64,000 nt of DNA from positions 288,001 through 352,000 of the forward strand of contig JBMOMC010000002.1 in NCBI GenBank assembly GCA_049325335.1, written 5' to 3'. Below are positions 47,671-60,193 of this stretch, in pieces. How positions within the stretch are numbered: position 1 is the stretch's first letter; every line of letters starts with the position of its first letter. A program made the translations under genes and the position numbers. Below the pieces are notes generated by a model that ran no database searches, was not told the DNA's origin, and was given only the letters and a program-made list of their open reading frames with translations. This DNA is from Nitrospirota bacterium. Its GTDB lineage: Bacteria > Nitrospirota > Nitrospiria > 2-01-FULL-66-17.

Positions 47671-47724
47671 ATGCTTTGCCTGTTATGCTTTGCCTTGACC
47701 GCGTTCCCGGCGGTGTGATACCGT
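47671..47724 (+). promoter_or_regulatory. typA promoter with tandem 11-bp direct repeat abutting the -35
   Basis: ATGCTTTGCCT at 47671-47681 and 47685-47695; TTGACC-18bp-TACCGT with TG extension. Confidence 0.45.
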
Positions 47725-47821
47725 AGACATCAGTTGTTTGTTCGGGTGGTTTCCGTGTTGAGCCCCGGGACTACGTCTTGGGGCTTTGTCGTATCTACTG
47801 TACTGCAGGGCAGGGGGACAC

Positions 47822-49681
47822 GTGGTGAACGGTCAGATTACGGGTGTTCGGGACGACGTCAGAAATATCGCCATTATCGCGCACGTTGATCACGGGAAAA
47901 CGACCCTGGTCGATCGCATGCTGCAACAGGGCGGCGCGTTTGCCGCGCACGAGACCGTGGGCGAACGGGTCATGGATTCCAACGCGTTGGAGCGGGAGCG
48001 CGGGATCACCATTTTGGCCAAGAACACCGCGGTGCGGTACCAGCCTCCGGCCGGCGGACCGCAGATCTTGATCAATATCGTGGACACGCCTGGACATGCG
48101 GACTTCTCAGGAGAAGTCGAGCGGGTGTTGACCATGGTGGATGGCGTGTTGTTGGTGGTCGATGCCGTGGACGGGCCCATGCCCCAGACGCGGTTCGTGT
48201 TGAAGAAGGCGCTGGAACTGCGATTACAGCCGGTGGTGGTGATCAACAAGATCGATCGCGCGGATGCGCGGCCGGTGGACGTGGTCAACGAAGTGTTCGA
48301 TCTGTTCGTCGAGCTTCACGCGAGTGACGATCAGTTGGACTTCCCCGTGGTGTTCGCGTCGGCCAAGACCGGGATCGCGTCGCGCAGCGCAACCGAGCCG
48401 GGCCGGGATCTCGTGCCGTTGTTCGAGACGATTATGGAGCGAATTCCTCCTCCGCCCGGCGACGACGCGGCGCCGTTGCAACTGCAGATCACCAATTTGG
48501 ACTACGACTCCTACGTGGGCCGGATTGGACTCGGACGCATCGCGCGCGGCACCATTCGCGTGAACGGCCCGGTCGCGCGCGTGAGCGGCGACGGCCGCGT
48601 CGAACCCGGCAAGATCACGAAGTTGTTTCTGTTTCACGGGCTGCGTCGTTCCGAGGCGCAAGAGGCCCGGGCCGGCGACATCGTGGCGGTGGCCGGACTC
48701 GAATCATTGACCATCGGTGACACATTGACTGCGTTGGATCGACCGGAAGGCTTGCCGCCGTTGTCCATCGGAGAGCCCACGATCTCCATGGCGTTCATGG
48801 TGAACAATTCGCCCTTGGCGGGCCGCGAAGGCAAGTTCGTGACCTCGCGCCATTTGCGTGACCGATTGATGCGCGAATTGCGGACGAACGTGGCGCTACG
48901 GGTCGAGGAGACCGGAACGACCGACGAGTTCCTGGTGTCGGGCCGCGGGGAGTTGCACCTGGCCATTCTCATCGAGAACATGCGCCGCGAAGGATACGAG
49001 TTTGCGGTGTCGCGGCCGCAGGTGATCTTCAAGACCATCGATGGCGACACCTGCGAGCCCATGGAGAACCTGCTCCTGGACGTGCCGGAAGCCTCGGTTG
49101 GCGTGGTGATGGAGGCGCTCGGCCCCCGTCGCGCCGAGCTGGAGAACATGGTCAATGGCGGCGATGGGTGGGTCCATTTAGCCTTCATCATCCCGGCGCG
49201 CGGATTATTCGGGTACCGCAGCGAATTTCTCACCGCGACCAAGGGCGAAGGGCTAATCAACCACGCGTTCGCGGGCTATCGACCGTCCAAGGGCGACGTG
49301 CCCACGCGCAATCGTGGCGTGTTGGTGGCGTTGGAGCCCGGGGAATCGGTTACGTACGCGCTGCACAATATCCAGGAACGGGGCGCGCTATTTCTTGGTG
49401 CGGCTGAACCGATTTACGAAGGGATGATCATCGGCGAGCACTCGCGGCCCGGAGACTTGATCGTCAACCCCTGCAAGAAGAAACACCTGACCAACATCCG
49501 CTCGTCGGGCGCGGAAGACGCCTTGGTGCTCACGCCCCCGCGCCGACTCTCGCTCGAACAGGCCATCGAGTTTATCGAGGACGACGAACTGGTGGAGATG
49601 ACGCCGCAGTCGATCCGACTCCGGAAGCGGTATCTGAGCGGCGACGAACGCAAGCGCCGTCGCAACGCGGCGTCCGCTTGA
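47822..49681 (+). CDS. typA: Translational GTPase TypA/BipA
   Basis: [43 protein letters not shown]-terminal BipA domain. Confidence 0.96.
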   Translation: MVNGQITGVRDDVRNIAIIAHVDHGKTTLVDRMLQQGGAFAAHETVGERVMDSNALERERGITILAKNTAVRYQPPAGGPQILINIVDTPGHADFSGEVERVLTMVDGVLLVVDAVDGPMPQTRFVLKKALELRLQPVVVINKIDRADARPVDVVNEVFDLFVELHASDDQLDFPVVFASAKTGIASRSATEPGRDLVPLFETIMERIPPPPGDDAAPLQLQITNLDYDSYVGRIGLGRIARGTIRVNGPVARVSGDGRVEPGKITKLFLFHGLRRSEAQEARAGDIVAVAGLESLTIGDTLTALDRPEGLPPLSIGEPTISMAFMVNNSPLAGREGKFVTSRHLRDRLMRELRTNVALRVEETGTTDEFLVSGRGELHLAILIENMRREGYEFAVSRPQVIFKTIDGDTCEPMENLLLDVPEASVGVVMEALGPRRAELENMVNGGDGWVHLAFIIPARGLFGYRSEFLTATKGEGLINHAFAGYRPSKGDVPTRNRGVLVALEPGESVTYALHNIQERGALFLGAAEPIYEGMIIGEHSRPGDLIVNPCKKKHLTNIRSSGAEDALVLTPPRRLSLEQAIEFIEDDELVEMTPQSIRLRKRYLSGDERKRRRNAASA

Positions 49682-49724
49682 CCGCATTGCGCCGAGTGTG
49701 CTACACAAACCGATACTTGCCTGA

Positions 49725-52867
<3,143 letters not shown>

Positions 52868-52868
52868 C

Positions 52869-52900
52869 AAAAAAGCCCGGGCCATGCCCGGGCTTTTTTT
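52869..52900. terminator. Bidirectional intrinsic terminator between guaA and cspA
   Basis: AAAAAAGCCCGGG-loop-CCCGGGCTTTTTTT. Confidence 0.88.
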
Positions 52901-52920
52901 ATGGGAGCAACAGACGACGC

Positions 52921-53121
52921 TTAAACTTTAACCACGTTCGCCGCCTGCAAACCTTTCGGCCCATTCACGATTTCGAATTCCACCTCTTGCCCTTCGTCCA
53001 GCGTTTTGAATCCGTCACCTTGGATGGCTGAAAAGTGCACGAAGACGTCGCTACCGGAGTCCTGGGCGATGAATCCATACCCCTTGCTGCCGTTGAACCA
53101 TTTCACTTTGCCTCTTGCCAT
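52921..53121 (-). CDS. cspA: Cold-shock protein
   Basis: GKVKWFN, KGYGFI (RNP1), VFVHFSAI (RNP2); strong SD GGAGGTGA. Confidence 0.96.
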   Translation of the reverse strand: MARGKVKWFNGSKGYGFIAQDSGSDVFVHFSAIQGDGFKTLDEGQEVEFEIVNGPKGLQAANVVKV

Positions 53122-53166
53122 TGCCCTTCACCTCCCTTCAATAAACTCCCCGCAACCGTTTCAGGC

Positions 53167-53259
53167 GTTGTCGGCGTGATTTAGAAACAACAATGCCGCA
53201 GGGCTGGTCCCCTTAAAGCCTCTGCGGCATTCCCTCGTTCTATGCGTCTTGCCGACAAC
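53167..53259 (-). promoter_or_regulatory. Structured cspA 5' leader
   Basis: Nested stems 53167-53175/53251-53259 and 53192-53201/53222-53231; minus-strand TTGACA at 53313-53308. Confidence 0.55.
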
Positions 53260-53368
53260 TCCCACCACCAACGTACCGAATAATTTGTAGCATGAGGAAA
53301 GTTATACTGTCAAGAACGCGAGTCCGGTCCCGCGTGCGTGCAAGACGGAGGGATCGTCCGGAGGGGAA

Positions 53369-54490
53369 CTACGATGTCGCGGTTCGGCGGGTCGCCAGCA
53401 TGGCGTCCACTTCTTCCCGCAAGTCTTGCCATCGGAGCGAAGACACGCCGAGAAACGTGTCGACCACCCGGGGATCGAACTGGGTGCCGGCGCACCGCTG
53501 AATTTCGGCCCGCGCGTGTTCGTACGGCAACGCCTTGCGGTACGGACGTTCCGAGGTCATGGCGTCGAACGTGTCGGCGACTACGAAGATGCGCGCGCCG
53601 AACAGAATATCGTTCCGGCTCGTTTGATTGGGATACCCGAGTCCGTCGTAACGTTCGTGGTGATGGAGGACGATCTTGGCGGCGTCGCGCAGAAACGCGA
53701 TGTCCTTGAGCATCTCATAGCCGTATTGCACGTGCCGTCGCATCTCGGTCCATTCCGCGTCGGTCAATTTCGCTGGTTTGCGGAGGATCGTGTCCGGGAC
53801 GCCGATTTTGCCGATGTCGTGCAGCACGGCTCCGCGCTTGATGGTCTCCATCTCAGCCGCGCTCACGCCCATGCGTTCGGCGAGTTCGACGGTGTATACC
53901 GACACGCGTTGCGTGTGTCCCTGGGTTTCGTTGTCCCGGTAGTCGAGCGCCATAATCAGCGCGTCGATCGTATCGGTGTACGATCGTTCGAGGAGCGTCA
54001 GGGTGTGGTTGAGTTCCTCTCGACGGCAACGTTCGAGGTGCAGGTGCTCGCGGATCTCCCGCGTTTGTTCGGCCACGCGCTCCTCGAGCGAACGATGGTA
54101 CGCGCGATTCTCCACGAGCAACTGCCGGCGCTCCAGCGCTTTTTCCACGTGAACCGCCAGTTGTTCGAGATGAAACGGTTTGGTGATGTAGTCGTACGCA
54201 CCGAGCTTCATGGCTTGGACCGCCATCTGCGTGTCGGAGGCCGCAGTCAGCATGACCACCGCGGTCTCCGGGTAGGCCTGCACCAGCCGTTTGAGCAGGT
54301 CGATGCCCGAGACGCCCGGCATCATGATGTCGCTCAACACCAGGTGGATCGGTTCGCGTTCCAAGATCGGCCATGCGCGATCCGCGCTGTCCGCGGTCCG
54401 GCACACGTAGCCTAAATGCAGAAGCTTGGCGAGCAACAGCTCCCGGATGTTGGGGTCGTCATCGACGATGAGTATGGTGGAGTGGTCCAT
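53369..54490 (-). CDS. Response regulator with HD-GYP phosphodiesterase domain
   Basis: REC (VDDD, SDIMMP, YITKP) plus HDIGKIG, HHERYDGLGYP, DAMTSERPY. Confidence 0.92.
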   Translation of the reverse strand: MDHSTILIVDDDPNIRELLLAKLLHLGYVCRTADSADRAWPILEREPIHLVLSDIMMPGVSGIDLLKRLVQAYPETAVVMLTAASDTQMAVQAMKLGAYDYITKPFHLEQLAVHVEKALERRQLLVENRAYHRSLEERVAEQTREIREHLHLERCRREELNHTLTLLERSYTDTIDALIMALDYRDNETQGHTQRVSVYTVELAERMGVSAAEMETIKRGAVLHDIGKIGVPDTILRKPAKLTDAEWTEMRRHVQYGYEMLKDIAFLRDAAKIVLHHHERYDGLGYPNQTSRNDILFGARIFVVADTFDAMTSERPYRKALPYEHARAEIQRCAGTQFDPRVVDTFLGVSSLRWQDLREEVDAMLATRRTATS

Positions 54491-54664
54491 GTCGAGCGCA
54501 GGCGGTTTGGTGATCCCGTCGGTTCACCGTCTGACGGCTGCGCGGATCCGACGTTGCTCCGGATCCGTACGCGGCGTCATCGCCAAGTGGACGGCAGATT
54601 ACCTTAATGACGAGGGGTTTGACAAGGGACGATTCCGCGCTCCGCCGCGTCCCGTGCCGGTTTC

Positions 54665-54693
54665 TTGACTTCGACCGGGACGCTGTCTAGAAT
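54665..54693 (+). promoter_or_regulatory. Putative sigma70 promoter for tadA-tRNA-ffs-dnaX
   Basis: TTGACT-17bp-TAGAAT. Confidence 0.6.
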
Positions 54694-54734
54694 GGCGTGC
54701 TTTGCGGAACGCGCACGATACAACCCCCGTGTCC

Positions 54735-55250
54735 ATGAACGAGCCGTGGATGGCGCTGGCGCTTGAAGAAGCGCGGGCCGCCGCGCGCGAGGGGGAAGCC
54801 CCGGTGGGCGCGATCGTGGTGGTCGACGGCGAGGTGGCGGCTCGCGGTCGCAATCGGCGCGAGACGGACCGTGATCCTACCGCGCACGCGGAACTGATCG
54901 CCGTGCGCGACGCGGCTGAACACCTTGGCCGCTGGCGGCTCTCCGGCGCGACCGTCTACGTGACGTTGGAGCCGTGTCCGATGTGCGCGGGCGCGCTGAT
55001 TCTGGCGCGGGTTGATCGGATCGTGTTCGGGGCGTACGACCCCAAGGCCGGCGCCTGTGGGTCGGTCGTGGATCTGTTTGAATCGGGACGGTTCAACCAC
55101 CGGCCCGAGATCGTCGGCGGCGTGATGGCCGAGGCGTGCGGGCGGGTGTTGTCGGAGTTTTTTGAGGGACGACGGGGACAACAAAAGATAAAAATCGAAA
55201 GATCTGGCAGCCTCGGCACTGGGACTCGTGCCTCCGTTGCCCTACGCTAG
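54735..55250 (+). CDS. tadA: tRNA adenosine(34) deaminase
   Basis: DPTAHAE, TLEPCPMC, DPKAGA, RFNH. Confidence 0.93.
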   Translation: MNEPWMALALEEARAAAREGEAPVGAIVVVDGEVAARGRNRRETDRDPTAHAELIAVRDAAEHLGRWRLSGATVYVTLEPCPMCAGALILARVDRIVFGAYDPKAGACGSVVDLFESGRFNHRPEIVGGVMAEACGRVLSEFFEGRRGQQKIKIERSGSLGTGTRASVALR

Positions 55251-55470
55251 CGAGGATGGGAGAGATGGCCGAGTCCGGTCGAAGGCGTCTGACTCGAAAT
55301 CAGATGTGGGGGAAACTCCACCGGGGGTTCAAATCCCTCTCTCTCCGCCATTCCTCGCTCGCGTAGGGCAACGCAGCGCCTGATTTGCTTCGCCACCTGT
55401 AGGGACGGAGGCATGGGCATATCGCCCCTGAGCGGGGCGATGCAGGTTCCCGGCGCGAGGCTGCAAGATC
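55201..55470 (+). repeat. Inverted-repeat wrapper around tRNA-Ser(CGA), unit 1
   Basis: 55201-55257 is complementary to 55351-55372 and 55447-55470; homologous to unit 2. Confidence 0.8.
55259..55350 (+). tRNA. tRNA-Ser (anticodon CGA)
   Basis: GGAGAGA/TCTCTCC acceptor, TCTGA-CTCGAAA-TCAGA anticodon arm, long variable arm, GGTTCAAATCC, encoded CCA. Confidence 0.95.
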
Positions 55471-55492
55471 AGTTTGGTTTTTTTTAGAACAT

Positions 55493-55699
55493 AAAGATTT
55501 GGCAGCCTCGGCACCGGAAACCGTGCCTCCGTTGCCCTTCGCTAGCGCGGTTGGGAGAGATGTCCGAGCCCGGCTGAAGGAGCACGACTGGAAATCGTGT
55601 AGGGGGCCAAAAGTCTCCTCGGGGGTTCAAATCCCCCTCTCTCCGCCGAACCGCGCTTGCGCAGCGCCTGAAGTCCCGGCGCGAGGTTGCAAGGTCTTT
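55493..55699 (+). repeat. Inverted-repeat wrapper around tRNA-Ser(GGA), unit 2
   Basis: 55493-55552 is complementary to 55649-55661 and 55674-55699; the upstream arm is 50/58 identical to unit 1. Confidence 0.8.
55554..55645 (+). tRNA. tRNA-Ser (anticodon GGA)
   Basis: GGAGAGA/TCTCTCC acceptor, CACGA-CTGGAAA-TCGTG anticodon arm, long variable arm; CCA not encoded (CCG). Confidence 0.95.
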
Positions 55700-55741
55700 A
55701 GGGGTTGCATTTGCTGTGTCTTTATCCAACTTCGCAAAAGA

Positions 55742-55840
55742 AGACCGGGCCCTGTGCGACAGGAGTCTTCGAACCCCGCCAGGTCCGGAAGGAAGCAACG
55801 GTAAGGAGATCCTCCTGGGTGCCGCAGACCAGCCTGGTCT
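55742..55840 (+). ncRNA. ffs: Signal recognition particle RNA (small 4.5S type)
   Basis: CAGGTCCGGAAGGAAGCAAC helix-8 core, closing stem AGACCGGG/CCTGGTCT, canonical position upstream of dnaX. Confidence 0.92.
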
Positions 55841-55853
55841 TCTTTCTTTGTTC

Positions 55854-55897
55854 GTGACGGGGCGCGACGCCCGCTATCGGGCGTCCGCCTCCGTCAC
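55854..55897. repeat. Hairpin between ffs and dnaX
   Basis: GTGACGG...GACGCCCG-CTAT-CGGGCGTC...CCGTCAC. Confidence 0.55.
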
Positions 55898-55917
55898 GCG
55901 GCATTAACAGCCGACCC

Positions 55918-57687
55918 ATGACCTACCAGATTCTCTCGCGCAAATGGCGGCCCCAGGGCTTCGACGAAGTCGTGGGGCAGGAGCACGTGACGCGCACGTT
56001 GATCAACGCGATTACGTCGAGTCGTCTGGCGCAGGCGTACCTATTCTCGGGCCCGCGCGGCGTGGGCAAGACCACCACGGCGCGGATCCTCGCCAAGGCA
56101 CTCAATTGCTCGGCCGCGTCGCAGCCCACGCCCACGCCCTGCGGGGAGTGCGCGTCGTGTCGCGACATCGCGGCCGGCACGTCGGTGGACGTGCTGGAGA
56201 TCGACGGTGCCTCGAACACGGGCGTGGACGACGTCCGCGAGTTGCGCGAGCAGGTCAAATACGTCCCGTTCCAAGGGCGGTACAAGGTCTATATCATCGA
56301 TGAAGTCCACATGTTGTCCAACGCGGCCTTCAACGCGTTGCTCAAGACGTTGGAGGAGCCGCCGCCGCACCTGGTCTTCTTGTTCGCCACGACCGAGTCG
56401 CACAAGATTTTGCCGACGATTCTCTCGCGGTGCCAGCACTTTCGTCTCAAGCGGGTGGCGCGGTTGGACATGATGGGTCGGCTGGGGACGATCGCCGCCG
56501 CGGAAGGCCTGGCGATCGAAGAGCGCGCGTTGGCGTTGATCGCCAAGGTGTCCGAGGGCAGCGTGCGCGACGCACTCAGTATCGTCGATCAAGTGGTGGC
56601 CGCGAGCGGCGCTACCGTACGGGAGGCCGACGTATCCGCGCTGTTGGGCGTGGTGGATCGCCAGGGATTCTCCGCGCTCACCCGGGCGATCCGTGAGAAA
56701 GACGCGGCCGGCGCGATTGCCGCGGCGCGCGCGTTGTTCGATTACGGTCACGATGTCAAATTGTTGTGCGCCGATCTGGTCGAATACGTTCGGCACCTCA
56801 CGAGCCTCAAAGTGGGGGGGCGGGCCGCGGAGACGCTGGACCTGCCGCGGGAAGAAGTCGACGAATTGCGCGAGGCGGCGGCATCGTTCGAACTGGATGA
56901 ACTACAGCGGTTGTTCACAGTGTTTACTCAGGCGCAGGAGGACATCCGGTTCGCGATGTATCCGCCGTTTACGTTGGAAATGGCGGTGGTCAAGGCCACG
57001 CGGGTGGTGGCGCTGGAACCCATCGAGCGGTTGATCGCGCGCGTGGATGCGTTGGGTGGGGGCGATCGAGGAAGCGCCCCGCCGCCGGCGCAACGCGCGG
57101 CTCCCGCGCGACGGGAGACGGCGCCTCCGTCCGTCCACGCGGCTCCGCCCCGAACCGTCGAGCCGACGGTCGATCCGCGTTCCGCGGCGCCTCCGTCGGG
57201 CGGTCGAGGTGCGCTTGAGCCGGATCGGTTGTGGGGGCTGGTAATGCAGCGTGTCGCGGAGGAAAAACCCAATTTGGAATCGTACCTCCGCAGTGGCCGG
57301 CCGGTCGCCGCCGGGGCTGATGAATTGATTGTCGAATACGAGCCGGCGGATGTGTGGGCCGCTGACCTGGCGGCGCGGGAGGACAACCGATCGTACGTGG
57401 CGCGGGTCCTCCGCGAGGCGACGGGGTGCGAGGTGGCGTTCCGGATCCGTCGTCGTGGAGGCTCCTCGGCCGGTGGCGCGCGTCCGACCGCGGCGGCTGA
57501 ACGTCCGGCCCCGCGCGCGGGCGCCGAGAAGGTTTCATCCGGTAGCGCGAGTCCGTCGCGCCGGGCCGTGGTGGCCGATGTGGTGGCCCACCCGGTGGTG
57601 AAGGACGTGCTGGAGGTGTTCGACGGCGAGGTGATGGACGTTCGTGATTTGAACGAATCAGGGGAACGAGGGGACGGCGAAGAATGA
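55918..57687 (+). CDS. dnaX: DNA polymerase III gamma/tau subunit
   Basis: RKWRPQ, GPRGVGKTT, Zn module, EIDGASN, DEVHML, SRC. Confidence 0.96.
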   Translation: MTYQILSRKWRPQGFDEVVGQEHVTRTLINAITSSRLAQAYLFSGPRGVGKTTTARILAKALNCSAASQPTPTPCGECASCRDIAAGTSVDVLEIDGASNTGVDDVRELREQVKYVPFQGRYKVYIIDEVHMLSNAAFNALLKTLEEPPPHLVFLFATTESHKILPTILSRCQHFRLKRVARLDMMGRLGTIAAAEGLAIEERALALIAKVSEGSVRDALSIVDQVVAASGATVREADVSALLGVVDRQGFSALTRAIREKDAAGAIAAARALFDYGHDVKLLCADLVEYVRHLTSLKVGGRAAETLDLPREEVDELREAAASFELDELQRLFTVFTQAQEDIRFAMYPPFTLEMAVVKATRVVALEPIERLIARVDALGGGDRGSAPPPAQRAAPARRETAPPSVHAAPPRTVEPTVDPRSAAPPSGGRGALEPDRLWGLVMQRVAEEKPNLESYLRSGRPVAAGADELIVEYEPADVWAADLAAREDNRSYVARVLREATGCEVAFRIRRRGGSSAGGARPTAAAERPAPRAGAEKVSSGSASPSRRAVVADVVAHPVVKDVLEVFDGEVMDVRDLNESGERGDGEE

Positions 57688-57702
57688 CGCGGAGGCGTGG
57701 TC

Positions 57703-58032
57703 ATGTTGGGGAATAAGCGGATGATGGGCGATCTCATGCGCCAGGCGCAGGCGCTGCAAGAACGGATGGCCAAGCTTCAGGAGGAAGCCGGGAGCAAGAC
57801 CGTCCAAGGGTCGGCGGGCGGCGGCATGGTGACCGTGGTCGCAAATGGCCGACAGGAAGTGCTCTCCGTGAAGCTTGATCCCGAGATCGTAAAGTCCCAA
57901 GATCAGGAAATGCTCCAGGACTTGATCGTGGCCGGCGTCAACGACGCGCTGAAAAAGGCGCAGGCGATGATGGCCGAGGAAATGAAGAGCGTCACCGGCG
58001 GGATGGGGTTGAATATCCCCGGCCTCTTCTGA
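57703..58032 (+). CDS. ybaB: YbaB/EbfC nucleoid-associated protein
   Basis: [30 protein letters not shown]; lies between dnaX and recR. Confidence 0.94.
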   Translation: MLGNKRMMGDLMRQAQALQERMAKLQEEAGSKTVQGSAGGGMVTVVANGRQEVLSVKLDPEIVKSQDQEMLQDLIVAGVNDALKKAQAMMAEEMKSVTGGMGLNIPGLF

Positions 58033-58042
58033 GCGCAGGCGA

Positions 58043-58636
58043 ATGGTCAACGGCGTGTTTCAACGGGTGGTCGATTCGTTCAAGCGACTGCCCGGTATCG
58101 GACAGAAGACGGCGCAGCGGCTGGGATTCTATCTCCTGAAAATGCCGGATAGCGAGGCCGCCGCGATCGCGCAGGCGATCATCGACCTCAAAGCGCAGAT
58201 TCAGTTCTGCCCGGTCTGTCAGAACATGACCGAAACGCCGTTGTGCGAAATTTGCCGAGATCCGGTCCGCGACCGCACCCGCATCCTCGTGGTGGAGGAG
58301 CCCAGCACGGTGTACGCGATCGAGCGGACCGGCGAGTATCACGGCCTGTATCACGTGTTATTGGGCGCGATTTCTCCGCTCGACAACGTCAAACCCGAAG
58401 ACATTAAAGCCAAGGAACTGCTGGATCGACTCGGGAGCGGAGACGTCCATGAGGTTATTATGGCCACGGATCCCAACATCGAAGGGGAGGCCACGGCGCT
58501 CTATCTGACGCGCCTCATCAAACCGTTGGGCATCAAGGTAACGCGCTTAGCCTACGGGATTCCAGTGGGTATTGATTTGGAGTTCGCTGACGACGTGACG
58601 TTAATCAAGTCGCTGGAGGGGCGGCGGGACTTTTAG
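58043..58636 (+). CDS. recR: Recombination mediator RecR
   Basis: LPGIGQKTAQR HhH, C4 zinc finger, EGEATA Toprim. Confidence 0.96.
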   Translation: MVNGVFQRVVDSFKRLPGIGQKTAQRLGFYLLKMPDSEAAAIAQAIIDLKAQIQFCPVCQNMTETPLCEICRDPVRDRTRILVVEEPSTVYAIERTGEYHGLYHVLLGAISPLDNVKPEDIKAKELLDRLGSGDVHEVIMATDPNIEGEATALYLTRLIKPLGIKVTRLAYGIPVGIDLEFADDVTLIKSLEGRRDF

Positions 58637-58816
58637 GTTGCGATGCGCTTGGGACGGCTCTCCATTGGGCCGAGAGTCCTAGCTGAATAGCACGTTCTGG
58701 GGCTTTTTCTCCTCAACCAAGGGCTTTTGACAGGTTGACTTGGTCTTCATTTCCACGGTAAGGTGAGGCCCTCAGGAGAGGGGCGTGGAGGGCTGATCAG
58801 AACTCCTCGTATTTAA

Positions 58817-58846
58817 TTGACAATTCCAGAACCACTGCACTATCAT
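58817..58846 (+). promoter_or_regulatory. Putative sigma70 promoter for the por operon
   Basis: TTGACA-18bp-TATCAT in an AT-rich intergenic region. Confidence 0.6.
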
Positions 58847-58990
58847 GGCGCTACATTATTTCCGCTTTACCCGACACGCCACGGTGCCCGGTTTGTGGTA
58901 GGATGACGTATATCAGGATATTGTCTGATTTGGGTTAATTTGAATCTGGTGGACGGGGTTGGTTCACCGCTCTTCTAAGGAGAGGGGACT

Positions 58991-60193
58991 ATGGAATCAC
59001 CGACAAAAATTGGGACTGCCAATAAGAAGGGGCAGGTCTATACCGATCCCCGCAAGCTTTTTTTCGAAGCGCCGCGTACACCGTCGTTTCTCACCGGCAG
59101 CGAGGTCATCAAGGAAGCGATTCGCCGGGCGAGCATTGACGTCATGGTGGCGTATCCTATCACGCCCCAGAGCGAGGCTGCTGCGTTGATTGGCGAACTC
59201 TTCGCGGAAGGGTATGTCGGTGATTACATGCGTGGCGAGAGTGAGTTCGCCGTGATGTCGCAGTGCGCGGGCGCGGCGTTCGGCGGGGCGCGCGTGTTCA
59301 CGACGACCGCCGGCCCGGGGACGCTGCGCGCGTACGAGAACTTTCCGATGTGGGCGGGCGCTCGTCTGCCCATTCAGGTCATCGTGACCTGCCGCGGCGT
59401 CAACTCGCCGTTGAGCATTCAGCCTGATACGCTGGAGATCGGGCTGATTATCGATACCGGAATGATGATCTGGCACGCCGAGTCGGCGCAGGATTTCTTC
59501 GATTGGATTCTGATGGGGTATATCGTGTCCGAGCAGCCGGATGTCCACCTTCCCCTCGCCCTGTGCTGCGACGGATTTTTCGTGACCCATACCAAGGATA
59601 CGGTCAATTTGACGCCGGCCGACATGACGCTCCCGCCGTACGATCCGTACCGGTCCCCGGTGCCGTGCATGGACATGGAGTGTCCCCCGGTGCGCATGAT
59701 GCGGGATCCCTTTATCATGAAGTCCAACTACATCAGCTACGCCACCCACGCGTCGTGGCAGCAAGAGGTCCGGGCCGCCTGCGAACGCTCTCGGAAACAC
59801 GCAAGCGCCTTGTTGGGCGGCTTGATCGATACCGAGAATATCGACGCCGAGATCCTGATCGTCGCGTCCGGCACCGCGGTGTCGCAGGGCCGGGAAGCGA
59901 TCCGCTTGTTGGAGGCCGAGGGGATCAAGGTGGGGTTGGTGAAGGTCAAGACCATCCGGCCGTTCCCGACCGAGGAAATTCGCCAGGCCACCAAAAACGC
60001 CAAGTGGATTATCGTGCCGGAGTTCAATGTGGTGGGGTGGATGGCCCGCGAACTCTCCGCGGTGCTTGACCGCAACGACCGCGTGGTGGCGGGACCGCAC
60101 GTGGCGGGCGGGATGACGATGCCGCCCGAGGTGATTGTCGAGCAGATCCACAAAGTCATCAAAGTCGGGAAGGGGGCTCTCGTCCATGGGTAA
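58991..60193 (+). CDS. porA: 2-oxoacid:ferredoxin oxidoreductase alpha subunit (likely pyruvate synthase)
   Basis: AYPITPQSE, ESEFAV, TTTAGPG, ENFPMWAG. Confidence 0.85.
   Translation: MESPTKIGTANKKGQVYTDPRKLFFEAPRTPSFLTGSEVIKEAIRRASIDVMVAYPITPQSEAAALIGELFAEGYVGDYMRGESEFAVMSQCAGAAFGGARVFTTTAGPGTLRAYENFPMWAGARLPIQVIVTCRGVNSPLSIQPDTLEIGLIIDTGMMIWHAESAQDFFDWILMGYIVSEQPDVHLPLALCCDGFFVTHTKDTVNLTPADMTLPPYDPYRSPVPCMDMECPPVRMMRDPFIMKSNYISYATHASWQQEVRAACERSRKHASALLGGLIDTENIDAEILIVASGTAVSQGREAIRLLEAEGIKVGLVKVKTIRPFPTEEIRQATKNAKWIIVPEFNVVGWMARELSAVLDRNDRVVAGPHVAGGMTMPPEVIVEQIHKVIKVGKGALVHG

Noticed and set aside
55259..55645. Long-variable-arm tRNAs as tRNA-Sec or suppressor tRNAs
   Set aside because: Anticodons are CGA and GGA with 7-bp acceptor stems and a G discriminator, i.e. 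ordinary tRNA-Ser
57255..57275. Programmed frameshift site in dnaX (GAGGAAAAACCC)
   Set aside because: Only five A residues; does not fit A-AAA-AAG or a long poly-A slippage site
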